NCBI GenBank assembly: GCA_008632985.1
Contig: QPGO01000225.1
Coordinates: 62,001 to 108,143 of the forward strand
Origin: Psammoneis japonica
Lineage: Eukaryota
Length of the DNA stretch: 46,143 nt
Direction of reading: 5' to 3'
Position numbers and translations under genes: made by a program
Part shown: positions 12,741 through 23,833 of the stretch, piece by piece
Layout: every line of letters begins with the position of its first letter
How positions within the stretch are numbered: position 1 is the first letter of the stretch
The notes under the pieces: generated by a model
What the model was told of the DNA's origin: nothing
Seen by the model: only the letters and a program-made list of their open reading frames with translations
Database searches by the model: none

Positions 12741-13207
12741 GTTGTTGACATCATTGATGGTCAAGGGGCAGGGGGGGACACCAACTCTCAAGAGAGACCT
12801 TGCACAGGAACAGCATGATTTGCCACAGTGATTCTGATGACAATGAAGCTGCAAGATTGTTCTTGATGCTCAGTGCGTTGCAAGTCCTGCTGCCGAAACA
12901 CATGGCAAAAGGCAGATTCTGAGTCTGACAAGTCAATGGCAGAGAAAGTGTCGTTGTTGACAAATGCAGCCACATTTGCAAGCAGCACTGTTGTTTCCAT
13001 GGATGCAACAAGTGACAACACTCCTGACAGCATGAGACAGCATGTTTGCCAAAGCCCAAGGAAGACAAGGGGAAGATCCATTTGGGCTGTAGCCTGTTTG
13101 ACATTCTTAAGAGCCAACACAAGTGTGGTGCTGTTCTTGGTCTGTTGGATCAAAATAAAACCAGCTTTGTGGTGCTTTCATCATCTGCCAAAGGAATGGG
13201 AGGACTC
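12741..13207 (+). pseudogene. hypermutated duplicate of the 5' region and first ~120 codons of the TBC1D23-like gene at 39541
   Basis: Colinear with 39417-39900. ADSESDKSMAEKVSLLTNAATFASSTVVSMDATSDNTPD here matches ADSESNKSTAEKESLSTNVATSASSAAASTDAISNDTPD there. Start codon lost, frameshifts present. Confidence 0.9.
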
Positions 13208-13219
13208 AACGCCACCAAT

Positions 13220-14770
13220 CTCTTGCTGCTGCTGTTGCTGCTGCTGTTGCTTGCTTCTGTGTGCAAGATGCTGTTCTTTCACTCTGCTTTGTCAGGAAGT
13301 GAACAAGCAGACAGCCAAAGGAAGGTGGGTGCTTCTTGGTCCACAAACCCCATCATGCACAGCTGCTCAGCTTCCTTTGTTTGTCTTGCAGGAGCTCCAG
13401 CTTTGGCCACTCTGCACAAAGTGCCACATGCTGGCCAGAGCAAAAAAGCTGCTTGTGGTGAGTTCTTGAGGTTTTCCAGCAGCCCTCCTCTTGGGTGTCA
13501 TGAGGCCTTCTTGAAGCCAGCACAGAGAAGCTGTTTGTGAGTTGAGGTGGCTGTTGAGCTTGTGACAGCACACTCTTTTTCATTGCTTGTTCCCCAGTGC
13601 TGCTCATGTTTGCTGCCACCATTGCTGCTGCCAGCACAGCCTGCAGCACCAGATGTCACTCTCTTCCTTTCAGCATTGTCAGGAAATGAGCAAGCAGGTC
13701 ACCAAAGGAAGGTGAGTGCTTTTCATCTTCTAAACCCACAGTGTGCAGCTGCTCAGTTTCTTGCATGGCTTGAGCTGCAGGAGCTCAAGCTTCAGCCAAA
13801 AGCTGCTTGTGGTGGGCTGAGGTGTTGAGCTTCTGACTGTCCATTCTTTTTCATTGCTTGTTCCCCACTCCTTTTTGTGTTTGCTGTCACAGCTGCTGTT
13901 GCAGCCTGTGCAAGATGTTGTTCTTTCTGCCCTTGTTGTCAGGGAATGAACAAGTCTTGGAAACCAGGTGACTGTCAAAGATGTGACAAGGTGCAGCAAG
14001 ATGTTGTTGTTTGTCCTTTCTGCATTGTCAGGAAACAAGCAAGCAGCTCACCATGTGCTGCACCCTGACAGACATCTGTGGAAAAGGCAAGCACATGCTT
14101 GGCTGCACAGCTGCTCAGCTGCTTGTGTTTTTGCAGCATCAGCTTTTGGTTTTTTCATGATGAACAGAGGCAAAAAACAATTCACAGGCAAGGAGGCCCA
14201 ACCCAACAGCTCCACATTTGACAACCTGCTTGCTTCTGTCAGCAGGATCAAAAACTGTGGGAGGCAAGCAAGCCTGCATGCAAGAGGGGTGCTTGTCATT
14301 TCAGCCACCCTGCACAACACCCACATGATGGCCAGCACAGCTTCCACTGGACTGTTGTTTCCCAGTGCTGCTCATGTTTTTGCTTTTTGCCATTGCTGTT
14401 GCAGCCTGTGCAACATGTTGTTCTTCTTTTCCATGTCATGATCAGGGAATGAACAAGCAGAGCAGAGCACCAAAGCAAGGTGGGTGCTCTTTGGGCTTTT
14501 AAGACCCACCAGCATGTGTGGCTGACAAGCTTCTTGTGCTTGTGTTGCAGGACAAGCTCCAGCTTCAGCGACCTGGCAGAAAACACCAGGTGCTGGCATC
14601 ACAGAAGCTGTTTCTTGCATGCAAAGATGATGAGTTTGTGACAGCCCATTCTTTTTTGTTGCTTGTTTCTCAACGCTGCTCATGTTTTGCCATTGCTGCT
14701 GCAGCCTGTGTAAGATGTTGTTCTTCCTTTCCATGCTGTGTGAGAGAGTGAACAGGCAGGTTGCCAAAGG
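13220..14770. repeat. degenerate satellite-like array of ~5-6 related units (~100-390 bp spacing)
   Basis: Recurrent core gctgctg(tt)gcagcctgtgcaagatgttgttct...ttgtcagg(a/g)a.tgaacaagcag...ccaaag near 13240, 13620, 13890, 14000, 14390 and 14690. A related copy lies near 19860-19940. Confidence 0.7.
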
Positions 14771-16399
14771 AATGTGGGGTGCTCACATTTGGAAAATGTC
14801 GCGGCTCTTGTTCAAAACTCACATTCTCTTGTTCAGGGTTCTGTTTTCTTAACAAGTTCCAAGTGATTGTCAACAAAGGGAACTTGGCAATTGTTTGAAC
14901 ATTCCAAGTGGGATTTAACAGCTGATGCAAATCAGTCTTGTTGTGCACACATCCTTGACAATTCTTTGTGTCTGCTCATTTCAAACCTTCCAAGCAGGAA
15001 ATGACACTCAATGAAATGCGTCACTTGCATCTGTTTCCATCTCAACAACCATGTGTTCGCAACAACATTCTGACATTGTCCACTTCTGACAACCATGATG
15101 TTCAATTGTCCTCCATGCTGCTTGTTGTCTGATGTGCAATTGTTCTGTTTTGTTGTTTCCACACTGCATGCTGCAAAATGCTCCCTTTTTCCTGTTCTTT
15201 TTTTCCTGTGTTCCACCAGTTCCTGTTGTCTTTCACAGTCCCCACACCATGGGTGTGATGTTTTCAGCCCTTGTGGCCTCCCTTGCAACCACTCTTGCTC
15301 TCTCCACAATCATCCACACCAGCAATGACATTGTCCTCCAATGGTCAATCTTGCATTCCTTCTGTTTGGCTGGCCAAAGCATCGCCTGCAAAACTGGAGA
15401 AAAAACTTTGTCTCAATGATCAATTTTTGTGCATGTTTGTGTTTCTTACAATTTTGTTTCATGCACTGCTTCTGCTCACCTTTGTGCCCTTCCCCATTGC
15501 CCATCTTCCATTGCAGCTCAGGACATGTGTCTGGACATCTGTGCACAAAGATGTGCACAAGTGTCAGTCATTTGCTTGTGGGCCCATCTCCATGCATTCG
15601 CCACTTGTTTCCTCTTTCTCACCTTGTGTCCTGCATTTTGTTCCATCCCATTCACAACTCCGCTGCCTGTCACCACTGCTCTCATGCATTGCATGTGACT
15701 TGAGATTGCATTTTTGTGTCTTGTGGGGGGAGTGACAATTCGTGTTTTTGGCCAAAATGCAAGCCTTGCTGTCAGTTGATTCCCACCGGCATCTCTTTTT
15801 CAGCAACAATTTTGTTTTAAAATTCAATCTTTTTGTTGCAATGTGATGGTTCAAATGATTTGAAACAACCTCAATGAATCATTTAGTCATCAATGTCACA
15901 CGCATGCATTCAACAAGTTTGATTTTATCACGTTGATGTGTTCTTGTTAAGATTGGAATTTTCACACTCGTGCCTGCACACTCCCATCTCCAGGACTTCA
16001 ATCAACACCTTTTTTCCAATGACAAAACAAGTGACATCCTCTGGGTTGTCAGGAAAGGGGTCTTGTGGCAACCCAATCAATGGAAGAACAAAGGCAGCAG
16101 ACAACAGACAATGTGTCAGAAATTTCAACAACTCTGATTTCTGACTCTGTTTCAGTGCTGAAGAAAAAGGTCAGCAGCAAATCTTTGGATGGCACAAAGC
16201 TCCAAAGTGATTGGATTGCACAAATTGTGGATTTGCCCTCCTTTGTTTTATTTTCCAAGGTTGCCCAACAACACATGAGTTGCAACAGAAATGGCTCATT
16301 TTGTTCTTGTCCCAGTTCACCATGGACCAGCTGTGCCAACTCCTTTGTTCCCATGGGCAGGAGTGAAAGTGAGGGTGGCATCTTAGAATGTCATGTTTG

Positions 16400-19280
16400 T
16401 CATTGACAGGGCCCAGAGCATTGCATCCAAAACAAATGAAAATTCACAATGTCAACTGGGAAACCTTTGCAATGTTCCGCATGATCCAGCAAGGAGGTGA
16501 CCCACTCCTTGCTGCAATGGCCAGGAACAAAAGGACATGACAGTGTCTCCAGCTGTTTGTTGCCACATTTTACAGACCATGTGGCATTGTTGTGATCCAT
16601 GCTTGTAACCCAAGCAGTCACCAACACAGATTCACATGGTTTGAATCCACTTGCAGGGTCAGTGCATGCACAATTTGATGGTGGAGAGTCAGGACGAGCC
16701 TCTTCCTCTTGTGCATGCAGCCAACCCACCTCCAGCAAATGCTTCTCTGATCATTTCCCAACCACAAGGTCCTCACAGTGGCAATTCATCACATCCAGGT
16801 TGAGCCCATCTTGCCAATGACTTGTGTTTTTAGTGAGTTGCTTCAAAAAAGCATCTTGAGGAGAGCTTCACAGAATCCACCAAAAAAGTGTTGACATTGC
16901 CCCGCTGACGAACATAAAAAAGGAAGTGAAGAAGGACATGGAACTTGGGTGTGCAAAGTCTGGAACAAGAGTGGCACTCTCTGAATGGGCTGACTGCAAA
17001 TCAAAACAATTGGAGATGCTTGAGGATGCATTTCTGAAGCCAAGTGAGAAGAAAGCTTTCCTTGTTGGAGGACATGGACAGTGCTGCATCCAATCCCAAA
17101 GACATGAACATCAGGTGGGAAAGTTGACTCTCCAGTGGCTTGAGGCTTTCATCTTCCTTCGAAAGCATGCCTTTCATTGCACAAGTGTTGCAAGCAACAA
17201 ACCTGGATGCTCTTGGCCAGAAAGATGAGTCTGGTTGGTGACTCCATTCTTGAATGGAGCTCTTGGCACCTTCCAATTGCTTTGCCTCCTGGGTGCATGT
17301 GTGGCAACTCTGAAGCATCTCTCAAACTCAGCTTTGTCAAACAGCTCAGGGAGCTCCTTGAATGTGATGGATGGTCAGTTGTCCATTGTGCATTCCCAGC
17401 AACATGACATTTGCAACACCATGACAACATGTTTTCTGGGACTTGATGCAGGTTGAAGAAGGCATGAAGCAGATGCTTGCAAAGACCAAAGTGCAAGGCA
17501 TGCAACAGGTTCCAGGGGAGCATGACAAAAATGCTGTGCTTTCCTCCACCATGAGAGATGTCCCAAAACATGGGATGAGTGAAGTGCTGAGAAATGTCCT
17601 TGCACTGTTCACAAGCAGCAGCTGCCTTGCCATGATGCCTTTCCTCCTCCATGGCTGTCATGGCAGCCTCCACTGTCTCCTCAATGTTCTCTTGTTCCGC
17701 CAAAATGCAGCCAAACAAGGGATTGTCACCAAAATGCTGTGGTGTGTCACAGTCCCTGTTCATCCAGGAGATGTTGCTTGAATGGGGTTGTGGTGACAAG
17801 CCATGTTGTTGTGACCTTTTTCATGGCTGATTGTTGTGCACGATCAAAAGTGGAGATGAACAAAGCTGAGAGATGGCACCACAATTGGGAAACCAGTCTT
17901 TTGCTTTGACAGTTGAAGCAACTCTGTGAACATCTTGTGCAAAGTGCTGTGGCGGAACTTGATGCATGTCGCCTGTCTGAGCTTTGACTGAAAGTTGGCA
18001 GTGCACTCATTGCTTGTCTTTGGGTGTGGCAGCACCATTCCTGGTGTTGACCAAAGGGAGTGGCTGCAATGACACTCATCATTAAAATTGCCCAATGTCA
18101 CAAGAATGGGTTGTGACTGCAAATGACCCATGTTTTCACAAAGGAGGGTGGAATTGTCAAACAGCACAACTGGGCAAACAAAGTGTGATCCAGTCATTGC
18201 CAAGTTGACCAAGGGAAGATTTGAGAGATCATGCTCCACTTGCTTCCACCAGTTCCAGTGTCAAGAGAGTCACAAATGTGCTTGTTTAGTTTGGGGCAGC
18301 ACTTCTCATTGCACAACCACTGACAAGACTGGACAACCTGGGGATTGCAGAAAACCCTTCTCACACAGTGCAGAAAGGAAAATCAGTGCACATGCATTGG
18401 GGGGAAATCTTGGGGTCCACATGCACTGTGGAGCAAATGTGCTCTGGGCCACCAAAACCAAAATGCTCAGCTTTCAAGAGAGACTTGCACTCACAGCCAC
18501 TCTCCTTGGCATGTTTGGCCCAAAAACAAAAAGCCTTGTACAAACCAGGGGAGAGAAAATGCTTCTTGCACAAACCATGGGAGAGACAATGCTTCTTCAT
18601 CATCACAACCAGCTCTTCCTCCACTGAATGAAGCTTCTTGGTGCTGCTGCTGTTGGTCACACAAATGCATGGAGGTTGCAACAGCTGAGCTTCTTCCATC
18701 TAAGTGTGTCAAAGCAGTGCAGTCCATCATCATCCTTGTCATCATTGGGGAGGGAAGAGGATGACACAGAGTGTTGTGCTGAGAGAACGTCAAACTCCTT
18801 CTCCAGGAAAAAGACATCATCACAGAAGATGCCATCATCAGAAGGGTCTGGGGCAAGAGACCCAACACTGAGTTCTTCTGGCAGTGGTGCATGATGAGAA
18901 TCAACAACATTGTTGTTAAAGGAAAAATCCAATGGCAGTTCATTGGAGAAGGGATCAACATGGGTGGACAATTGAAACTCTTGATCACTGCCATTCTGAA
19001 AAGGCAGGATGGATCACCACCCCAACCAAGAGACAGGGACAAGAATCATTTGGCACTTGAATCAAGGGGAACGGTTGAGAGGCACTGATGCATCAAAAGA
19101 GATGGAGGCACCGTTGTCACACAAAAGTGGTTGGGAGAGGAAGACACATTGTTGAGGCCACAACAAAAGAAAAAAGAGCACTGGGGATGTCTTTGGAAAT
19201 GTTGGTGGAGAGCATGCTGGTCATTGTTGTCAGACATCTGACTGGGACAGAGTGGATTGTGACAGGGGTGCGCCATTGTC
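16400..19280 (-). mobile_element. Plavaka/CACTA-like DNA transposase relic
   Basis: N-terminal CHNPLC...LHQHFQRHPQC zinc finger (~19270), then CPVVLFDNST...LQSQPILVTLGNF, FWDISHGGG..SIF..LPWNLLHALHFGL and RRQSNWKVPRAPFKNGVTNQTHLSGQEHPG (~17200-17295). These match motifs I associate with diatom Plavaka-like transposases. Confidence 0.7.
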
Positions 19281-21919
19281 ATTGGCAGATTTTGGGTTGG
19301 CAGAAAGAGAAGGGATGAAATGCATGCAAACTTAACAAGTTTAATGATGCACACACAAAAAGCAAAACTGGCAACTTAAAACAAGTGAAAACAATTGAAT
19401 CATTTGCAACTTGACAGCCATCAAGAAGAACAGTCAATGTCCGTGTGTGATGAAGATTGACAGAAACAATGGGCAGACATTTAGGAACTTCAATTGTTGA
19501 CAAGCATCGCTCTGGTTCAGCACAGAAACATGTCACAGATGACTCTTTAGTGGGGGAGCAGGCAAGCAGGTCATGACTTGCCAAACTCTGGCTTTCACCT
19601 TCCTGCTTTTGTCAGCAAGAGCCAAAATTGTGGCAGACAAGCAGGCTTGCATGCAAGAGGAGTGCTTGTCAAGAGTCTCAAGCATTGCATTTGCAAGTGT
19701 GGCTCATGTCACAGAGCTTCAAGGAACCTCCCAAATGGCCAAAGTGACAGCAGGCACTCCACATGCAATGAAGGCAATCACTGAGAACCTGTCAAAACCT
19801 GCTTGACTGTGAGTGCAAAATGTGCCACAAAGCATCAAACACACCCAAGTGACAGCTGGTTGTGTGACAAGGCAATGCAAAATGTTGTTTGTCCTTTCCA
19901 TGTTGTCAGGAAATGGACAGGCAGCTTGCCATGTGCCCCCCATCATCACATGCTGGCACAGCTTTCCAGCACATCTTCTTGCCTGTTTTGGTTGTGAGGC
20001 CAAGACCAAGAACATTTCAAGCCCTTCTTTGAGTGACTGGAAATGATTGAGGATTTTTTGAATGACAAAACCAAATGTCACAACATCCTCCTCTCTGGCA
20101 AGCATGCTGGCAGAGATGCATGGTCTCAAATCTGAGCACTGCAGTGTCATTGATGGAAACCCCATTCTGACAACCCAACAATGTTGGCTCACAACTTGCC
20201 AACTGCACTTTGCCAAATTGCAAGCCTGCATCTTTTGTGCTTCTCAAGATCAGCAACTGTTGCCACACAACTTGCATGAAATTCTGCTTGCTGAGTGCAT
20301 GTCAACTTGGCACCAGATTGCATTTTCCCACATGAGATTTGCTTCTCATCACACCAGTTTTGAACATTCTCCAGACTTGGGCTGAAACTTTTGCCCTGGG
20401 AAATGTCAAATGATTCAAGCACGCAGGTTCAACTCTGATGTGCAGAATTTCATCACTGCAGGGTGATTCCAGCCTGCAAAATTTTGTTTGCAACAATGAT
20501 TTGCAACAATGACAAGCCTTTGTGTCCTCTCATGTGTCATCTGGGCTGACACCTGTTGCTCCCTGTTTTGCTGAAGTTGAGCTGTGCCACTCTGTGTCAT
20601 GCAGGGTTTGATGACCCTGTCATTCAACAAATCTGCTGCAAGTCAATGTGGAGATGACATGCGTGGTGCTGATTTGATGCTGCACACAGCATTGCCACCA
20701 GCGCTGTGTGCCACCAGGATTTACAAGTTTGCCTTGTAAATCCTTGGCGCCACATCAGCTCAGTGTGCCTTGCTGTCCCTCAGAGACAATCAGTCAAGTT
20801 GGTTTGTGTCTGTGCACAGCTGTTCTGTCAAACACACAAAAAGCAAAAAAAGTTCATTGCACCTCAAAGAACTGTGCCACCTTTGTCATTCTCCAACATT
20901 GTGGATCATCTGATGGGAGCTCTGTCAGGTGTTTGCTTGGGGTCTCTCTCTCTCTCTGAAATGAACAAACAGATTTGGTGCCACTGATTCTCTGCATCAA
21001 ATGTGACCAACAAGGATGAAAGAAGCTGAGGTGGGAGCTGCTGGTTTGGACATTTGTCCATCTGTTTGACAAATGGCAGGTGCAATTTGTTGGGCCACCT
21101 CCAAAGTGTCAATGACCCCTTGCCTCCTCTCTGCCAGAGCTGCACTGCATGCATGACACAAACTGCTTTTACATTCGCACCTGTGACACACTGTCAAATG
21201 CAACAAGCCTGAAGCTGTTGGCCCTCCCAAGCCGGGGCACCCATGTCTTTGAAGTCACGCTGCTTCACAAATGACGATGGCACACGTGACACATGATGAA
21301 GGGCAGATGTCCTCACAAAAAATTGTGTCATCACGTCATCCTCTGTCTGCCTGCTGCTGGCTCTCTGGTTGATTGGCTGCTTGTGGTTGTGATTGCAGCA
21401 ATGGACAATGGCTGCATTTTGCAGTGGTGCCCATCAATCACATCACCGCTTTGCCTGCCCATCATGATTCTTAACCTGCCCTTGCATTTGTCAGGAGCCT
21501 TCTTCTGACAAGCTCGTCCAAGTCTTTGAGAGATGTTTCCATGTTTCGTTGGGCTTCTTGAGAGCCCCAAATGTGCAACAATGTCATCAAAAGTGTGCAA
21601 AGAGCCACAGTTCCAACTGTGTCAAAGGAGCTCACACAACCAATGTTGCCAGAGAATGGCAGGCAATTGCAAAAGTTGATGGACGGATGGATGAGTCAGT
21701 GGCAAGAGGAAGCTGTTGTTTTGTTCTTGGAAAAACACATCCCAACAAATTCCTCGCTGAATGTCATGTGACACACAATGCCAGTTTTTGATTGTTTGCA
21801 CCACTGGTGGTAAAAATTGAACCTTTCTCTGTTGACTTCTGGAGTTCAGCAGGAGGATGATCCTGCTCATTTTTCCAATGATTGTGGCTGCGCCAGCCAG
21901 CATCGTGAGTCCTCTCACC

Positions 21920-22855
21920 ACTGTCACTGTTCTTGGAGCAGCTGTGGCCTCAACTCTTTTGGACAGTCAAGTGAAGCACCCACTGGCAGATTGACCCATG
22001 ATTGACATGGGCGTTGTCATTGTGATGCTGGCAGGAACACTGTCGGACACCATGCTTCATCAAATCACAAGCAACAAAGTTTTGCTGGTCTTGCTTGTGG
22101 CACTTTGAGCTTCTGTGTTGTGTTGAACTCTTAAAAAAGGCAAAAAAATTACAGTGCCAAAGGCAAGTGCATTGCTCAACTCAAAAAAATGATGGGAATG
22201 TTTTGGCAGAAGCATCTGGGGATCAATGGACAGACCACATGGCTGTCACATTGGCTTGTCAGGCAATGCATGCATTTGAAGGTTTTGCAGCCAAACTGGG
22301 AGGACAGAAGAATGACAAGCAAATGAACAACAGTCAAGATGCAAGAAAGGCCACACTGTTGACTGAAATGATGGAAGAATGAAATTTTGCTCCAAGGTGC
22401 AAAATTGTGGCTGTCTGTGGCATTTTTGCCATGGCTGTCTTTTTCAATGCAACATCAGTTGGCGGAGCTTTCCCCAATCCCCTGGGGTGTTTCATGTGGC
22501 AGCACACTGTTTTGGATGGTGCATGTGGTCATGGTTTCAACTTTGCAAACACTGTTGGGTGCCATGACTCATCAAATCATGAGCAACAAAGTTTTGCAGG
22601 TCTTGCTTGTGGCACTTTTAGCTTCTGTGTCACATCAAATGCTGCTGCTTCTGCTGCAATGCATGCAATCTTTTGATTGATTCATTGGGGCTGTGCTTTG
22701 GTTTGCACAGTGATTGGGTTTGCGGCTTCACTCCTTCAGAAGAAAAGAGTTAAAAGGGACAAGATCAATGGGATTGAGCTCAAAAGAGTGTTGTTCATTG
22801 CATTTGCTGTTGGCAGTGTCGTGCTTCTGTTGGGGATTCTGTTGTGCATCAAATG
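21920..22855 (+). pseudogene. TauE/SafE (TSUP) sulfite-exporter family pseudogene with an internal ~90-bp duplication
   Basis: VTVLGAAVASTLLDSQVKHPLAD*PMID (like NVTxLGGxxAN...KRHPxADRPLID), then hydrophobic segments KVLLVLLVAL and CALVCTVIGFAAS...FIAFAVGSVVLL. 22040-22120 is repeated at 22545-22630. Confidence 0.7.
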
Positions 22856-23375
22856 AATTTTTGTGATTGGGAACATTGCAGAAGATGACGTTGGAGGGCT
22901 CTGTTGTGATTCTTGACTGTGATCAGCAATGGATCAGAAAGGCAAAGATTTGCTCCAAGGCTCACTTGGCACAACTTGAGGTGAAGGTGGTGTCACCATT
23001 GTGGAACATTGTTCTGTGGATGTGCCGCAGAACACAAAAAATCAGAGTTCACGGAGCGCAGGCCTGGAGGCCAGTTGCCTCTGCCGTTGCTCTTGATGCT
23101 GCAGACGAATTTGCACAACACTCTAGCAACACTGCTTGCTCATGGCTCATGCAGCAAATGCAACATTTTGAAAAGGCATCAGCAGTCTTGGACTGCTCCT
23201 TGCTTGGCATCATCATTGATGCATGTCTCCTGAATGACGATGACGAAGCTGAGTGCATCATGGCAGGATGTGGCTCCAGCCGGAAGAAGGGAGCAGTGGC
23301 CCAGAACAGCAAGAATGATGGGTCATCCGTTGACAACCCAAAAGGCAGGAACAGGAGAGAAAATCCACTCATGGC

Positions 23376-23376
23376 N
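23376..23376. other. single N, probable scaffold/contig join
   Basis: atggcNtctg; the sequences on either side appear unrelated. Confidence 0.7.
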
Positions 23377-23833
23377 TCTGTTCGGTCCGATTTGCAAAAG
23401 GGAGAGAAGAAACGCAATTGTGGATGCGTTGGAAGGAAGGGAAAGAAGAAATGAAATTTGGGGCACAACAGAGGCAAAGTGCGGCAAAAGAAGAGGAAGA
23501 AGAATCAACAGAAGAATGCCAGGTGGACTTCACACGTGGGAGTTGGGACACATGTCATCGAAAATCTGCAGACTGCAGCACTTTTTGACTGGCGACCTTT
23601 GCAAAGTGCGTTCGAAGGTCTCATGTGCAGCACTCCTCCTGCAGCAGAATGAGCTCTGTCGAAGTGGCACTGGGTGTGTCATTGTAGATGTCAGCTCCAA
23701 AGTTGATACATTCATTATGGATACATCCAACATCAGTCTCCGTGTCTGATTGCTTTCACCTCTTCCACAGCCAGCTAGAGCCCCGCCGGCAGTCGTACCG
23801 GTACGAGTAACCCGACATGGCAATCGTCCAGCT

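Larger units (their letters stand above)
11900..23680. other. CpG- and TpA-depleted hypermutated repeat block B
   Basis: Only about 40 TA dinucleotides by manual scan in ~11 kb, and CG is similarly rare up to ~23000. Contains TE and host-gene relics. Confidence 0.9.

Noticed and set aside
1..23680. Classical fungal RIP or simple CpG decay as a full explanation
   Set aside because: RIP enriches TpA and CpG decay leaves it unchanged or higher. Here TpA is removed and the source copy is unmutated.
1..23680. Alternative genetic code or recoded foreign DNA
   Set aside because: The depletion is frame- and strand-independent, and it damages conserved residues in recognisable TE proteins.
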